NCBI GenBank assembly: GCA_949055985.1
Contig: CARRLP010000001.1
Span: 1 to 22,104, forward strand
DNA length: 22,104 nt
Source: an uncultured Lachnospiraceae bacterium
Lineage (GTDB): Bacteria; Bacillota; Clostridia; Lachnospirales; Lachnospiraceae
Reading direction: 5' to 3'
Shown: in pieces, positions 1 to 8,272 of the stretch
How positions within the stretch are numbered: position 1 is the first letter of the stretch
Layout of the letters: each line of letters begins with the position of its first letter
The notes under the pieces: model-generated
What the model was told of the DNA's origin: nothing
What the model saw: the letters and a program-made list of their open reading frames with translations, nothing else
Databases searched by the model: none
Program-made: the position numbers and the translations under genes

Positions 1-1
1 C

Positions 2-196
2 AGGAGTATTCAGGCGGAAGGCTCTTTTGGCGAGTTAAAACAAGACATGCAATTCCGAAGATATTTGAGCAGGGGTACATCAAATGTTCTTGCTGAGAGT
101 GTTTTGCTTGCAATGGCAAGAAATGTAAACAAACTCCACAACAAGATACAAAAAGGGAAAACAGGAAAGCATTTATTCTCCTTGAAAAGCGCATAA
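2..196 (+). mobile_element. 3' end of a transposase gene, IS1182/IS5-like C-terminus, 5' end outside the window
   Basis: Frame 2 is open from the window edge to TAA at 194-196. Its translation ends ...QDMQFRRYLSRGTSNVLAESVLLAMARNVNKLHNKIQKGK, which matches the FRRFLLRG...KV...L.A.N..KL pattern seen at IS1182/IS5 transposase C-termini. An imperfect hairpin plus T-run follows at about 203-236. Confidence 0.45.
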
Positions 197-468
197 ATTA
201 AAAAGGATTAAAATTTTTAATGATCCTATTTTTTAGGTGTATTAAAGTACGCCCTTTTTTAATTTAAGCAAACATTTCCGACAGAACAGATCAAATATGA
301 CCATAAAAAAGGCAAAAAGGAAGCTGCCGCTTCACGATTATTCAATCGTTAAAGCGACAGTTCCTTCTTTTATTTCTTACAGAATAAATATAATAAGGGG
401 ATACAGGGATTTATCCTGACATATTTGCTTCTATTTCGCTGTAAATCATAGAAGCGTAATATGTTTCA

Positions 469-1998
469 TTAGAGTTTAAGATTTGTCATGCTTAATAATA
501 AATTTCCCATGATTGCCCTGCATTGTATTGAAAATAATTCAGGAATATGTTCAAGGTTTTCTGTGTCCTTACAATGCAAAGAATGTTCAATATAAGGAGA
601 GAGTTCCAATCCGTCCAAATGATTAGAAAATTGCTGTTGGAATCGTCTGAAATATTCGGATAGTAAAGCAATTTCCTTTTGGGAAATATGCTCCGTTTGA
701 CATAAATCATTAGATGCCAAAACTGACATACGGTTCAGTTGATAAATCGCATCTAAAATAAGCGTTTGTTTATCAGGGTATTCAATTTGAAAATCCAGTT
801 CCGCTCCTTCCCCGTCTTGGATAAAAGAAACATGGAACGTGGTTTCCAATTCTCTTAACATATCATGCGCACGGGAATGCCATGTATGGTTCTGTATTTT
901 TTTGTATCCGTTTTCGGCAATTTTCATCGCAGTCTGTGGGTTTGCCAGCAAATCTTTGAGGCGGTTTGCAAGTGAATCCAAATCTTTTAAAGAATAAATG
1001 ATTATATTTTCATTATTCTCAAAATTTTCGATAATATATTTGCTTTCGTCTGTGACGGCAACTGCTTTGCTTAACATGGCGGAAGCAATTCTTTCCTGAA
1101 AGGCGTCTTTAAACCACGGCATTATATTTAATGAAAGTTTTGCGTTTGCCAAAGCTTTGCAAGCGGCATAAGAGCCTCCTTTATGGATTATCAGGTTTTG
1201 TTTACAGTCAAAGTTAAAATTTTCCCAGCCATTTCCAAAAACGTGTATTTTCAAGCCGGCGGATAAAAGAGCGCGGATTGCTTTTTCCCGATAGTAAAAG
1301 CGGGCAAAAAAATCCACTTTTGTAAAATCCTCCACTAATTCTTCAAACTCAGCATCGCTGACAGAGACATTGTATTTTTTTAAAATTCTGGCAAGGCATT
1401 CCGGCAATGTGTATTGTGGGTTTGTAATACTGTCTTCCATTAAATCCTCTGCAAATTTTGTTAGTGTGGCGTTGTCTTTGAATTGGTTAAGCAGGTCATT
1501 TTTATAGACCTCTGGACTTGTGTAGGTTCCCGTAAAGATAATGTCTGTCTGACGGTTTTCATAGGGCGCGCATTCGGGATAAGAGCTCCCGGACAAAGGA
1601 ATAAAAGCCGCATGTTTTACGCTGGGATAATAGCGGAGGATATAGTCGCGGAAATGTTTGTCACAGGCGAATATGACGGTTCGTTCATCCGCTTGGGCAT
1701 ATAGAGTTTTAAAAGCGGAAGGCGGATCGCAAAGATACGTCACATAGATTGTTTCAGGCGGCAGGCATTTTGTCACATTCCATGAACTGAGGATGCCGTT
1801 TACGTCGATTACTGCGTCGAATTGATAAGTTGAAATAATGTGGTTATATAAAGTGGGCTGTGCGAGAGACCATGCATCTAATACACATGTGTTACAGCCG
1901 AATTTTCGCATGGAGCAGGCCCATTCGTCGATATATCTGTTTAGTGAATTATAACGGGAAACAGTTTTTACTAATAGAATGTTCTTTCGTTTATCCAT
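469..1998 (-). CDS. hypothetical 509-aa protein, possibly a CgeB-like or glycosyltransferase-like accessory protein, divergent from flagellin
   Basis: Long ORF with ATG at 1998, preceded by AAAGGAGAA with a 7-nt spacer. Stop TAA at 471..469. No motif recognised with certainty. Its position next to flagellin suggests a flagellin-modification role. Confidence 0.6.
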   Translation of the reverse strand: MDKRKNILLVKTVSRYNSLNRYIDEWACSMRKFGCNTCVLDAWSLAQPTLYNHIISTYQFDAVIDVNGILSSWNVTKCLPPETIYVTYLCDPPSAFKTLYAQADERTVIFACDKHFRDYILRYYPSVKHAAFIPLSGSSYPECAPYENRQTDIIFTGTYTSPEVYKNDLLNQFKDNATLTKFAEDLMEDSITNPQYTLPECLARILKKYNVSVSDAEFEELVEDFTKVDFFARFYYREKAIRALLSAGLKIHVFGNGWENFNFDCKQNLIIHKGGSYAACKALANAKLSLNIMPWFKDAFQERIASAMLSKAVAVTDESKYIIENFENNENIIIYSLKDLDSLANRLKDLLANPQTAMKIAENGYKKIQNHTWHSRAHDMLRELETTFHVSFIQDGEGAELDFQIEYPDKQTLILDAIYQLNRMSVLASNDLCQTEHISQKEIALLSEYFRRFQQQFSNHLDGLELSPYIEHSLHCKDTENLEHIPELFSIQCRAIMGNLLLSMTNLKL

Positions 1999-2114
1999 TT
2001 GAGGTTCTCCTTTTAAATTTTTGAAGTAAAAAATATAAGTTCAATAGCTTCATTATAAGAAAAGAGACTAATTTGCACAAGTTGAAATTTGCTAAAAAAA
2101 TTTAAAATTTAGGC

Positions 2115-2141
2115 TAAAGTTTTCCAGTAGAGGGACGATAT
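2115..2141 (+). promoter_or_regulatory. sigma-28 (SigD/FliA) type promoter for flagellin
   Basis: TAAA (2115-2118), N15, GACGATAT (2134-2141), against the consensus TAAA-N15-GCCGATAT. It lies about 140 nt upstream of the flagellin ATG. Confidence 0.6.
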
Positions 2142-2240
2142 ATAATGTGAGTAAACAAAAACAATATTGTTACTTACTGACACAGTTCCAAATGAAGCGT
2201 ACGGTCATTGGGGATTGCGTCGTATAGCAAATCAAAATTA

Positions 2241-2274
2241 TGCAGCAAGGAAGCTGCAGTAAATTCAAGGAGGA
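2241..2274 (+). promoter_or_regulatory. flagellin mRNA leader with two CsrA-type binding sites: BS1 in a hairpin loop and BS2 overlapping the SD
   Basis: Hairpin tgcagc/AAGGAA/gctgca at 2241-2258 puts GGA in the loop. The SD-overlapping site CAAGGAGGA lies at 2266-2274. This architecture matches the Bacillus subtilis hag leader controlled by CsrA-FliW. Confidence 0.5.
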
Positions 2275-2282
2275 AAAATATT

Positions 2283-3395
2283 ATGGCAATGGTAGTACAG
2301 CACAACCTTACAGCAATGAACGCAAACCGTCAGTTAGGCGTTACAACAAGCGGACAGTCCAAATCAACAGAGAAATTATCCACAGGTTACAGAATTAACC
2401 GCGCAGGCGATGACGCAGCAGGATTAAAAATCTCTGAGAAAATGAGAAGCCAGATCCGCGGATTGAACAAAGCTTCTTCCAACGCGCAGGACGGCGTATC
2501 CCTTATCCAGACAGCAGAAGGCGCATTAAACGAAGCGCACAGCATCCTTCAGAGAATGAATGAGCTTGCAGTTCAGGGCGCAAACGACACAAACCAAGGC
2601 ATCGACCGTGACGCAATCAACCAGGAGTTAAGCGCGTTGACAGAAGAGCTTGACCGTATTTCTGAAACGACACAGTTCAATAAGCAGAGCCTGTTAGACG
2701 GAAGCTTCACAGGAAAGAACCTTCAGGTAGGCGCAAACCAGAACCAGAAGATTACAATCAACATTGCGGCAATGAACGCAGTGGCAATCGGAATCAAACC
2801 GACAGGCGTTGGCGGAACATCCGGATACCTGACAACAAATGAAGTTGTTAAGAATCAGAAGGTTGGCGTTGACAATTCTGCCGCTCTTAGAGGATCCATT
2901 GGTAAATTGGCAGCATGCAATGCTCAGGTAGCTCCAATCTACTCAGCAAACGCAGCAGGCAAACCATACTTCAAGACAGCAAATGGAACAATCACAACTG
3001 ATTCTTCTGTAGTAAGAGCATCTGTTGAGAACTTGGCAAAATGCGCTGCGCAGATCTTCAAAGTGGCAACAAAGGCTGCAACAACAGTCAGCACGCCAAA
3101 CGTAAGGGATTACCAGCAGGCAACAGGTACCATCACAATGGTACAGAACGCAATCAACAATGTATCCAGCCAGAGATCCGCTCTTGGCGCATTACAGAAC
3201 AGATTAGAGCACACGATTGCAAACTTAGACAACGTATCTGAGAATACACAGGCAGCAGAATCCCGTATCCGTGATACAGATATGGCTTCTGAAATGGTAG
3301 AATACAGCAAGAACAACATTCTTGCGCAGGCTGGACAGTCTATGTTAGCTCAGGCAAACCAGTCAAATCAGGGTGTATTATCATTGTTACAGTAA
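2283..3395 (+). CDS. fliC: flagellin (370 aa)
   Basis: The N-terminus MAMVVQHNLTAMNANRQLG and the C-terminus ...LAQANQSNQGVLSLLQ are canonical flagellin D0/D1 segments. The central region is Ser/Thr-rich and variable. GGAGG at 2269-2273 precedes ATG 2283. The ORF-track start at 2208 is an upstream TTG. Confidence 0.95.
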   Translation: MAMVVQHNLTAMNANRQLGVTTSGQSKSTEKLSTGYRINRAGDDAAGLKISEKMRSQIRGLNKASSNAQDGVSLIQTAEGALNEAHSILQRMNELAVQGANDTNQGIDRDAINQELSALTEELDRISETTQFNKQSLLDGSFTGKNLQVGANQNQKITINIAAMNAVAIGIKPTGVGGTSGYLTTNEVVKNQKVGVDNSAALRGSIGKLAACNAQVAPIYSANAAGKPYFKTANGTITTDSSVVRASVENLAKCAAQIFKVATKAATTVSTPNVRDYQQATGTITMVQNAINNVSSQRSALGALQNRLEHTIANLDNVSENTQAAESRIRDTDMASEMVEYSKNNILAQAGQSMLAQANQSNQGVLSLLQ

Positions 3396-3416
3396 TATTG
3401 AATTATTTAATAAAAA

Positions 3417-3443
3417 AGAGCCGGCGTTTGCCGGTTCTTTTTT
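3417..3443 (+). terminator. rho-independent terminator of flagellin
   Basis: Stem aGAGCCGGC/GCCGGtTCt around loop gttt (3426-3429), followed by a T6 run at 3438-3443, directly after the flagellin stop. Confidence 0.75.
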
Positions 3444-3453
3444 ATATAAAATC

Positions 3454-3480
3454 TAAAGTTTTTGTATGTATGTCCGATAT
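3454..3480 (+). promoter_or_regulatory. second sigma-28 type promoter, a duplicate of the flagellin promoter
   Basis: TAAA (3454-3457), N15, tCCGATAT (3473-3480), followed by TATAAT as in the first copy. Confidence 0.55.
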
Positions 3481-3515
3481 ATACTATAATGAAATCAACA
3501 TTTTTAAAATCTATT

Positions 3516-3587
3516 GTAGCAAGGAAGCTGCGCCAAATTCAGGGAGGAAAATTCATGGCATTCAAAATCTGGAATTATTTTACCTAA
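3516..3587 (+). other. duplicated flagellin-type CsrA leader (hairpin AAGGAA plus SD CAGGGAGGA) driving a 10-codon ORF MAFKIWNYFT (3555-3587)
   Basis: Segment 3517-3558 aligns almost base for base with 2241-2286, including the 11-mer aaggaagctgc. ATG is at 3555 and TAA at 3585-3587. Downstream there is no similarity to flagellin. Confidence 0.5.
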
Positions 3588-3620
3588 GTATAATTGAACA
3601 TTGAATAAGAAAAATATAGG

Positions 3621-3648
3621 TTGACAAATGTCAGCTTTTTATTATAAT
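3621..3648 (+). promoter_or_regulatory. sigma-A consensus promoter
   Basis: TTGACA (3621-3626), 16 nt, TATAAT (3643-3648). Both hexamers are perfect. It lies upstream of the 3687 ORF. Confidence 0.5.
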
Positions 3649-3686
3649 ACAAAAAAATATTGCTGGGCAATATGGAGGGGTATAGT

Positions 3687-4028
3687 ATGGAGGAATTTTC
3701 AAATTTATTGTGGCACAATATTGAAATTGTTCAGTGCATTTGTAATAAAATCGAGAATCAGGAAGCGTACATTGAGGATATTCGGGGATACCTTCCTTCT
3801 CTTAATCAAATGATTACATCAATATTTACAAATATGCAGCAAGGGCAAATTTCTTTGGAATTGAATCAAGGCTTTATTATTCAGGCGCTAAATGATATTC
3901 TATATGGAATAGAAAATGAAGATTCTGTATTTTTGCTTGATGTATTGCGATATGGGTTATTAGAAATTTATGGATACATAAGTAGTGAACTGCAAAGTGA
4001 GGGCTGTTATGAATCAGTTAATATATAA
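3687..4028 (+). CDS. hypothetical small protein (113 aa) upstream of maf and overlapping it
   Basis: ATG 3687 is preceded by GGAGGGG (3674-3680). The ORF-track start 3660 is a TTG. No motif recognised, including the FlaG VIRQIP motif. The 3' end overlaps the maf start by 20 nt. Confidence 0.5.
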   Translation: MEEFSNLLWHNIEIVQCICNKIENQEAYIEDIRGYLPSLNQMITSIFTNMQQGQISLELNQGFIIQALNDILYGIENEDSVFLLDVLRYGLLEIYGYISSELQSEGCYESVNI

Positions 4029-5907
4029 AAAAAATCTGGAGGCGTTAAATGCGAAATATCCTATATGGGCGGCTCTTATAGACGGGGTAAAACGTAAAAA
4101 ACGAAATTTCAATGTTGAAGCAGAGCAGAGTTTCATGGGAGAAACTATTTTGAAAGTAACTCAAGATGGGAAAATGCGTTACTTAAATGGAAAATATGCT
4201 CCTTCGGCAGTAGTGGAACGTTGGTTTGAAAAACAGGGAAAAATAGAAGAATACGCGCCAATTGTGATAATAGGCATTTCAAATGGAGAACATATACGAC
4301 AAATTATAGAACGCTCCCCAAAGACTTCTAATATTTTAATTTATGAGCCATCTTTTGAATTATTCCGCAGGGCGATGCAAGAAGTGGATTTAACATTTCT
4401 TTTTGAGATGGATATTCCGGTAGGGATTATTGTTGAGGGATTAAATGAAGATGAGTTAGAAGCTTTCCTTTATTTATTTATATCTTATGACAATATGGCT
4501 TTTCTTCGGTGGTATATTTCAGGGAATTATCAGGAATTATTTCCAAAAGAAGTGGAAGAATTTGTAGGACGTTTAAAGAATCATGTGTCACAAATCCATA
4601 TTGGCTGGAATACAAAATTACGTTATACAAATGTCAGGGCAGTAAATGTATTTGTCAATCTGCCATATTTAGCAGATGGATACAGCATTCGGGAATTGTA
4701 TGGAATGCTTCCGGAAGACGTTCCGGTTATTGTCGTTTCAGCAGGCCCATCTTTAAATAAAAACATTATGGAATTGAAAAAAGCAGTCGGGAAAGCCTGT
4801 ATTATTTCAACAGATACTGCGATAAAGCCTCTCTTAAATGCAGGAATCGTGCCGAATTTCTTTATTATTATAGATGGGTTAAAGCCGGAAGTGCTATTTC
4901 AACATAAGGATATATCTAAAGTTCCTATGGTGACTATGACGGCGGTTTCCACAGAGCCGATGTCATGCCATAAAGGGAAAAAATTCTTTTATGGCGCGGA
5001 GTCTGCATTTGAAGATGAACTTACGGGAGATATAAAGAGGAGCCGTGACGAAGACAGTGACAGAGTGATACCGTTTCTTGTAACTGGCGGTTCTGTTGCG
5101 ACTTCGGCATATGCGCTGGGTTTAAATATGGGAGCTAAGACAGTGATATTAGTGGGTCAGGATCTTGCAATGACCGGGAATAAAACGCATGCAGACGGTA
5201 CATTTCAGGCGCAGATGGATCAGATTGACAAAAATAGCGGCGAATACTTTGAAGTGGAAGCTATAGATGGCGGCAAGGTTTTGACGAGACTTGATTTTGA
5301 TATGTACCGTAAATGGTTTGAAGACCATTTTAAGCAGTGGAATCATGTCACAGTCGTAGATGCGACAGAAGGCGGAGCATTAATTCATGGAACGAAAGTA
5401 ATGACTTTAAAAAAGGCAGTTCAAAAATATTGTGTGCATGAATTTAATGTAAAGTGGCATACGGATCGCTGCAAAAAATTATTTCAAGATGAACAGCGGG
5501 AAGTTGTGTTGGATTATTTTGCAAATTCCCTAAAAAAATTACAGGAAGTGAAGAAAAAAGCGACAGAAGGGATTCGTTTCTATGAACGTCTGGAGAAGAT
5601 GGCGAAAAAAAGCTCGGTATCAGATCAGGAGCTTGGAAAGGCTTTGAAAAAAATCAAGAAATTAAATCATTATATGGAAACTGACTATATGGCGCGCACT
5701 GTTATGGATAGTTTAGATGGTCTAAATTTTACGTTAAGGCCGCTTGCTTATCAATTAAGAGAGGATAAACGGAGCGAGCTTTTAGATGTGGCTAGTCAGG
5801 GAAAAGTGCTACTTTACGGGGTGGCAGTTGCAGTAGATGAAGTATCTGAGATAGCGGAAAAGACGATTGTGCAGTACGCCAATTCCAACAGGACGAAACG
5901 GAAATAA
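4009..5907 (+). CDS. maf: motility accessory factor (Maf family, DUF115/MptE-like), a putative flagellin glycosyltransferase
   Basis: The N-terminus MNQLIYKKNLEALNAKYP is typical of Maf proteins. A GPSL motif (VVSAGPSLNKN) precedes STDTAIKPLLNAGIVPNFFIIIDG. The protein is about 630 aa and adjacent to flagellin. ATG 4009 has GAGGG upstream. Track start 3985 is GTG. Confidence 0.7.
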   Translation: MNQLIYKKNLEALNAKYPIWAALIDGVKRKKRNFNVEAEQSFMGETILKVTQDGKMRYLNGKYAPSAVVERWFEKQGKIEEYAPIVIIGISNGEHIRQIIERSPKTSNILIYEPSFELFRRAMQEVDLTFLFEMDIPVGIIVEGLNEDELEAFLYLFISYDNMAFLRWYISGNYQELFPKEVEEFVGRLKNHVSQIHIGWNTKLRYTNVRAVNVFVNLPYLADGYSIRELYGMLPEDVPVIVVSAGPSLNKNIMELKKAVGKACIISTDTAIKPLLNAGIVPNFFIIIDGLKPEVLFQHKDISKVPMVTMTAVSTEPMSCHKGKKFFYGAESAFEDELTGDIKRSRDEDSDRVIPFLVTGGSVATSAYALGLNMGAKTVILVGQDLAMTGNKTHADGTFQAQMDQIDKNSGEYFEVEAIDGGKVLTRLDFDMYRKWFEDHFKQWNHVTVVDATEGGALIHGTKVMTLKKAVQKYCVHEFNVKWHTDRCKKLFQDEQREVVLDYFANSLKKLQEVKKKATEGIRFYERLEKMAKKSSVSDQELGKALKKIKKLNHYMETDYMARTVMDSLDGLNFTLRPLAYQLREDKRSELLDVASQGKVLLYGVAVAVDEVSEIAEKTIVQYANSNRTKRK

Positions 5908-5941
5908 TAGGATCACATGATACAGGGCATTACAAAAAGCA

Positions 5942-5975
5942 GCGGGCGGCTGAAAATCAAATTTCAGCCGCCCGC
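5942..5975. terminator. bidirectional rho-independent terminator between convergent maf and the SDR gene
   Basis: Perfect 14-bp inverted repeat gcgggcggctgaaa/tttcagccgcccgc with a 6-nt loop. It is flanked by an A-run on the left and a T-run on the right. Confidence 0.8.
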
Positions 5976-5987
5976 GTTATGTATCTT

Positions 5988-6971
5988 TTATTTTAGGTAC
6001 TTGAACCAATCTTCCGTGGCATCGACAATGGTATCCGGCGTCCATACAGGAGCTTTCCGCCAATAGTCAATGTTTTCAAGGACTTTGCTAACGCCATCTT
6101 CAAATGAGATTTTAGGCTCCCATCCCAGAACATCATGAATTTTTGAAGTGTCAGCAAATGTGCAGTCGGGTTCTCCGGGTCTTTTTGGGATATTTGTGAT
6201 TTCACCGCCCAATAGTTCACACAGCCTGTTTATAGAGTAGGTTCCTCCGCTTCCAACGTTGAATGTGTCTTGTTTGATATCCGACATAGCGGCTGTATAA
6301 AAAGCGTCGACAATATCTGTTACATATGTAAAGTCCCTTGTTTGAGTTCCATCTCCTACAACGGTAAATGGTTTGTTGGCTAGTTTTTGGGCTAAAAATA
6401 CGCCAAATACAGCCCCATAAGTGCCGGAAGTCCTCGATCTTGTGCCATATACGTTGAATAGTCTCAAAGTAATCACAGGAAGACCGTAGACTTGCCCCCA
6501 GTGCAAGATGGTTTCTTCCCCTAATCTTTTTGTAAGGGCATAAGGATACTGTGGCCTGATTTCGGCTGTTTCTCTGGTAGGGTATTGGTCAGGAATGCCA
6601 TAACAGGAAGATGAAGCGGCATAAAGCAGCTTTTTGATATTTGTGTTTTTCGCGCATTCCACTACATTAAACGTTCCTAGGACATTAGAGGAGTAATAAT
6701 CTTGAGGCCTCTGAATAGATGGAACGATGTCGGCTAATGCCGCAAAGTGGAAAATGTAGTCCACATCTTTAAAAATAGGCTGGATTTCCTCCTTATTTCG
6801 AATGTCCATTTGATAGATGCTGAGATTTTTGTGGCCTTTGAGGTGATCTAGGTTTTCTAATCTTCCAGTGCTTAAATTATCAATTACGCGGACGTCATGC
6901 CCTTCAGATAAAAGCCTATCCACCATATGGGAGCCAATAAATCCGCACCCGCCTGTAACCAGTGACGTCAT
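5988..6971 (-). CDS. NAD-dependent epimerase/dehydratase (extended SDR), candidate nucleotide-heptose epimerase or modifying enzyme
   Basis: GxxGxxG motif TGGCGFIGSHMV at the N-terminus. A YxxxK motif (PYALTK) is present. ATG at 6971 forms an ATGA overlap with the gmhB stop. Confidence 0.75.
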   Translation of the reverse strand: MTSLVTGGCGFIGSHMVDRLLSEGHDVRVIDNLSTGRLENLDHLKGHKNLSIYQMDIRNKEEIQPIFKDVDYIFHFAALADIVPSIQRPQDYYSSNVLGTFNVVECAKNTNIKKLLYAASSSCYGIPDQYPTRETAEIRPQYPYALTKRLGEETILHWGQVYGLPVITLRLFNVYGTRSRTSGTYGAVFGVFLAQKLANKPFTVVGDGTQTRDFTYVTDIVDAFYTAAMSDIKQDTFNVGSGGTYSINRLCELLGGEITNIPKRPGEPDCTFADTSKIHDVLGWEPKISFEDGVSKVLENIDYWRKAPVWTPDTIVDATEDWFKYLK

Positions 6972-7531
6972 ATACTGTTTCCTTCCTTTCTTTCTAATAT
7001 TTTAATAAAGTCCCTCAAATCTTTCAATGTATAATCGGGAACTACTATTTCTTCTAGGCGCGCAACTCCATAACCGGAATCAAGCAATACCGTTTTTAAG
7101 TTCGCATTTTCGCCAAGCCGTATATCACATGCGCGATCTCCAACTACATAAGAGCCATTCATAGTTATTTGAAAATCTGAACAGGCTTTTTCTAACATAC
7201 CTATAGCGGGTTTGCGGCAATTACAATTAAAGGCATAGCCTTGTATCACGCCTTTTTGATGATGTGGGCAGTAATACACAGCATCAACTCCTGTCTCTTG
7301 TATGAGATATTGATTCATGGAGAGAAGCGTTTCTTCCGTGAAATAACCGCGCGCAATCCCGCTTTGGTTAGAAACGACAATCGCATAGTAACCATAAGTA
7401 TGTATTTTTTCTATACAGCTTTTGGAGTATGGGAAAATTTCCAGCTCATTTGTGGAACGGATATAGCTTTTTTCTTTAGTAAGAACGCCATCTCTATCAA
7501 GGAAAATAGCGGGTTTTGCTTTCTTTTTCAA
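6968..7531 (-). CDS. gmhB: D-glycero-D-manno-heptose 1,7-bisphosphate phosphatase (HAD family)
   Basis: The FLDRDGVL HAD motif I and CPHH...CNCRKP are both typical of GmhB. The apparent TTG start at 7531 overlaps the gmhA TGA stop by 2 nt (TTGA). There is no in-frame ATG upstream of the FLDRDG motif. Confidence 0.8.
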   Translation of the reverse strand: MKKKAKPAIFLDRDGVLTKEKSYIRSTNELEIFPYSKSCIEKIHTYGYYAIVVSNQSGIARGYFTEETLLSMNQYLIQETGVDAVYYCPHHQKGVIQGYAFNCNCRKPAIGMLEKACSDFQITMNGSYVVGDRACDIRLGENANLKTVLLDSGYGVARLEEIVVPDYTLKDLRDFIKILERKEGNSI

Positions 7532-8109
7532 ATGGATGCCCCTTCACTTTCTAATATCATATCTACTATTTGTTGTAAAATTAAATTATGGGCTGATTCC
7601 ACAATGCCATATTTACTGCAAGGAGTATAGACGTTAATATCGCCTAATTGCCTTGCCTTATTGTCAGGGCTAAAACCTGTAAATGTAATGACTTTTGCAT
7701 TTTTTGCTTTGGCTGTTTGAATTGCATTGATAATATTTTGTGAATTGCCTGAACTGCTGATTGCCACGACTAAATCATCTTTTTTTACAAGAAAATCCAT
7801 TGGTTTTGAAAATATATATTCATAACCATAATCGTTGCCAATGCAGGTTGTCAAAGCGTTATCATACAGGTTATATGCGTTCATTTTTCCGTTTTTCATA
7901 AAATCTGCCGCCATATGGCTGGCAATGGCAGCGCTGCCGCCGTTTCCTACGAAAAAGAGATTTGAGCAGAAACGTTTATGTTCAAGAAAAACATCAAAAA
8001 GCATTTGGATGCCTTCTGTGTAGGTTTCGTGGTATGAACCGTCTTTTTTTTGTATTTTCGTTGATTCTAATGTTTGTATAAATGTGTTAATATAATTATT
8101 TTGCAGCAT
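7528..8109 (-). CDS. gmhA: phosphoheptose (sedoheptulose-7-phosphate) isomerase, SIS domain
   Basis: FVGNGGSAAIASHMAADF is the SIS nucleotide-sugar isomerase motif. The protein is 193 aa. It is the first gene of the leftward cassette. Confidence 0.8.
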   Translation of the reverse strand: MLQNNYINTFIQTLESTKIQKKDGSYHETYTEGIQMLFDVFLEHKRFCSNLFFVGNGGSAAIASHMAADFMKNGKMNAYNLYDNALTTCIGNDYGYEYIFSKPMDFLVKKDDLVVAISSSGNSQNIINAIQTAKAKNAKVITFTGFSPDNKARQLGDINVYTPCSKYGIVESAHNLILQQIVDMILESEGASI

Positions 8110-8272
8110 AATAATCGCTTCTTTCTGATAATTATTTATAATGTATTAGTATATCACAGGAGTATAGCATGTAACAAGAATTTTTTGTAATGATTCCTGT
8201 TATTGATTTCTGTTATAAATAATAGAAATGGTTAGAATGAAATAATTCGTAAATGATTGTATTTAATATGTA

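Noticed and set aside
230-300. Possible third sigma-28 promoter upstream of the 311-327 leader-like hairpin
   Set aside because: TAAA at 243-246 and a CCGACAG element at 277-283 do not sit at consensus spacing. No acceptable -10 is found 15-16 nt from a TAAA.
1483-1704. Small ORFs nested in or antisense to larger genes (for example 1483-1704, 3041-3241, 4509-4760, 15496-15789, 20473-20788)
   Set aside because: All lie inside confidently called genes and lack an RBS. Their composition matches out-of-frame or antisense translation of the host gene.
2208-2282. Extended flagellin start at 2208 (TTG) from the ORF track
   Set aside because: The canonical flagellin N-terminus begins at ATG 2283 with a GGAGG SD. 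The upstream extension would place the CsrA leader inside coding sequence.
7241-7630. 129-aa ORF antisense to gmhB and gmhA
   Set aside because: It overlaps two well-supported genes on the other strand. It has no RBS and no recognisable domain.
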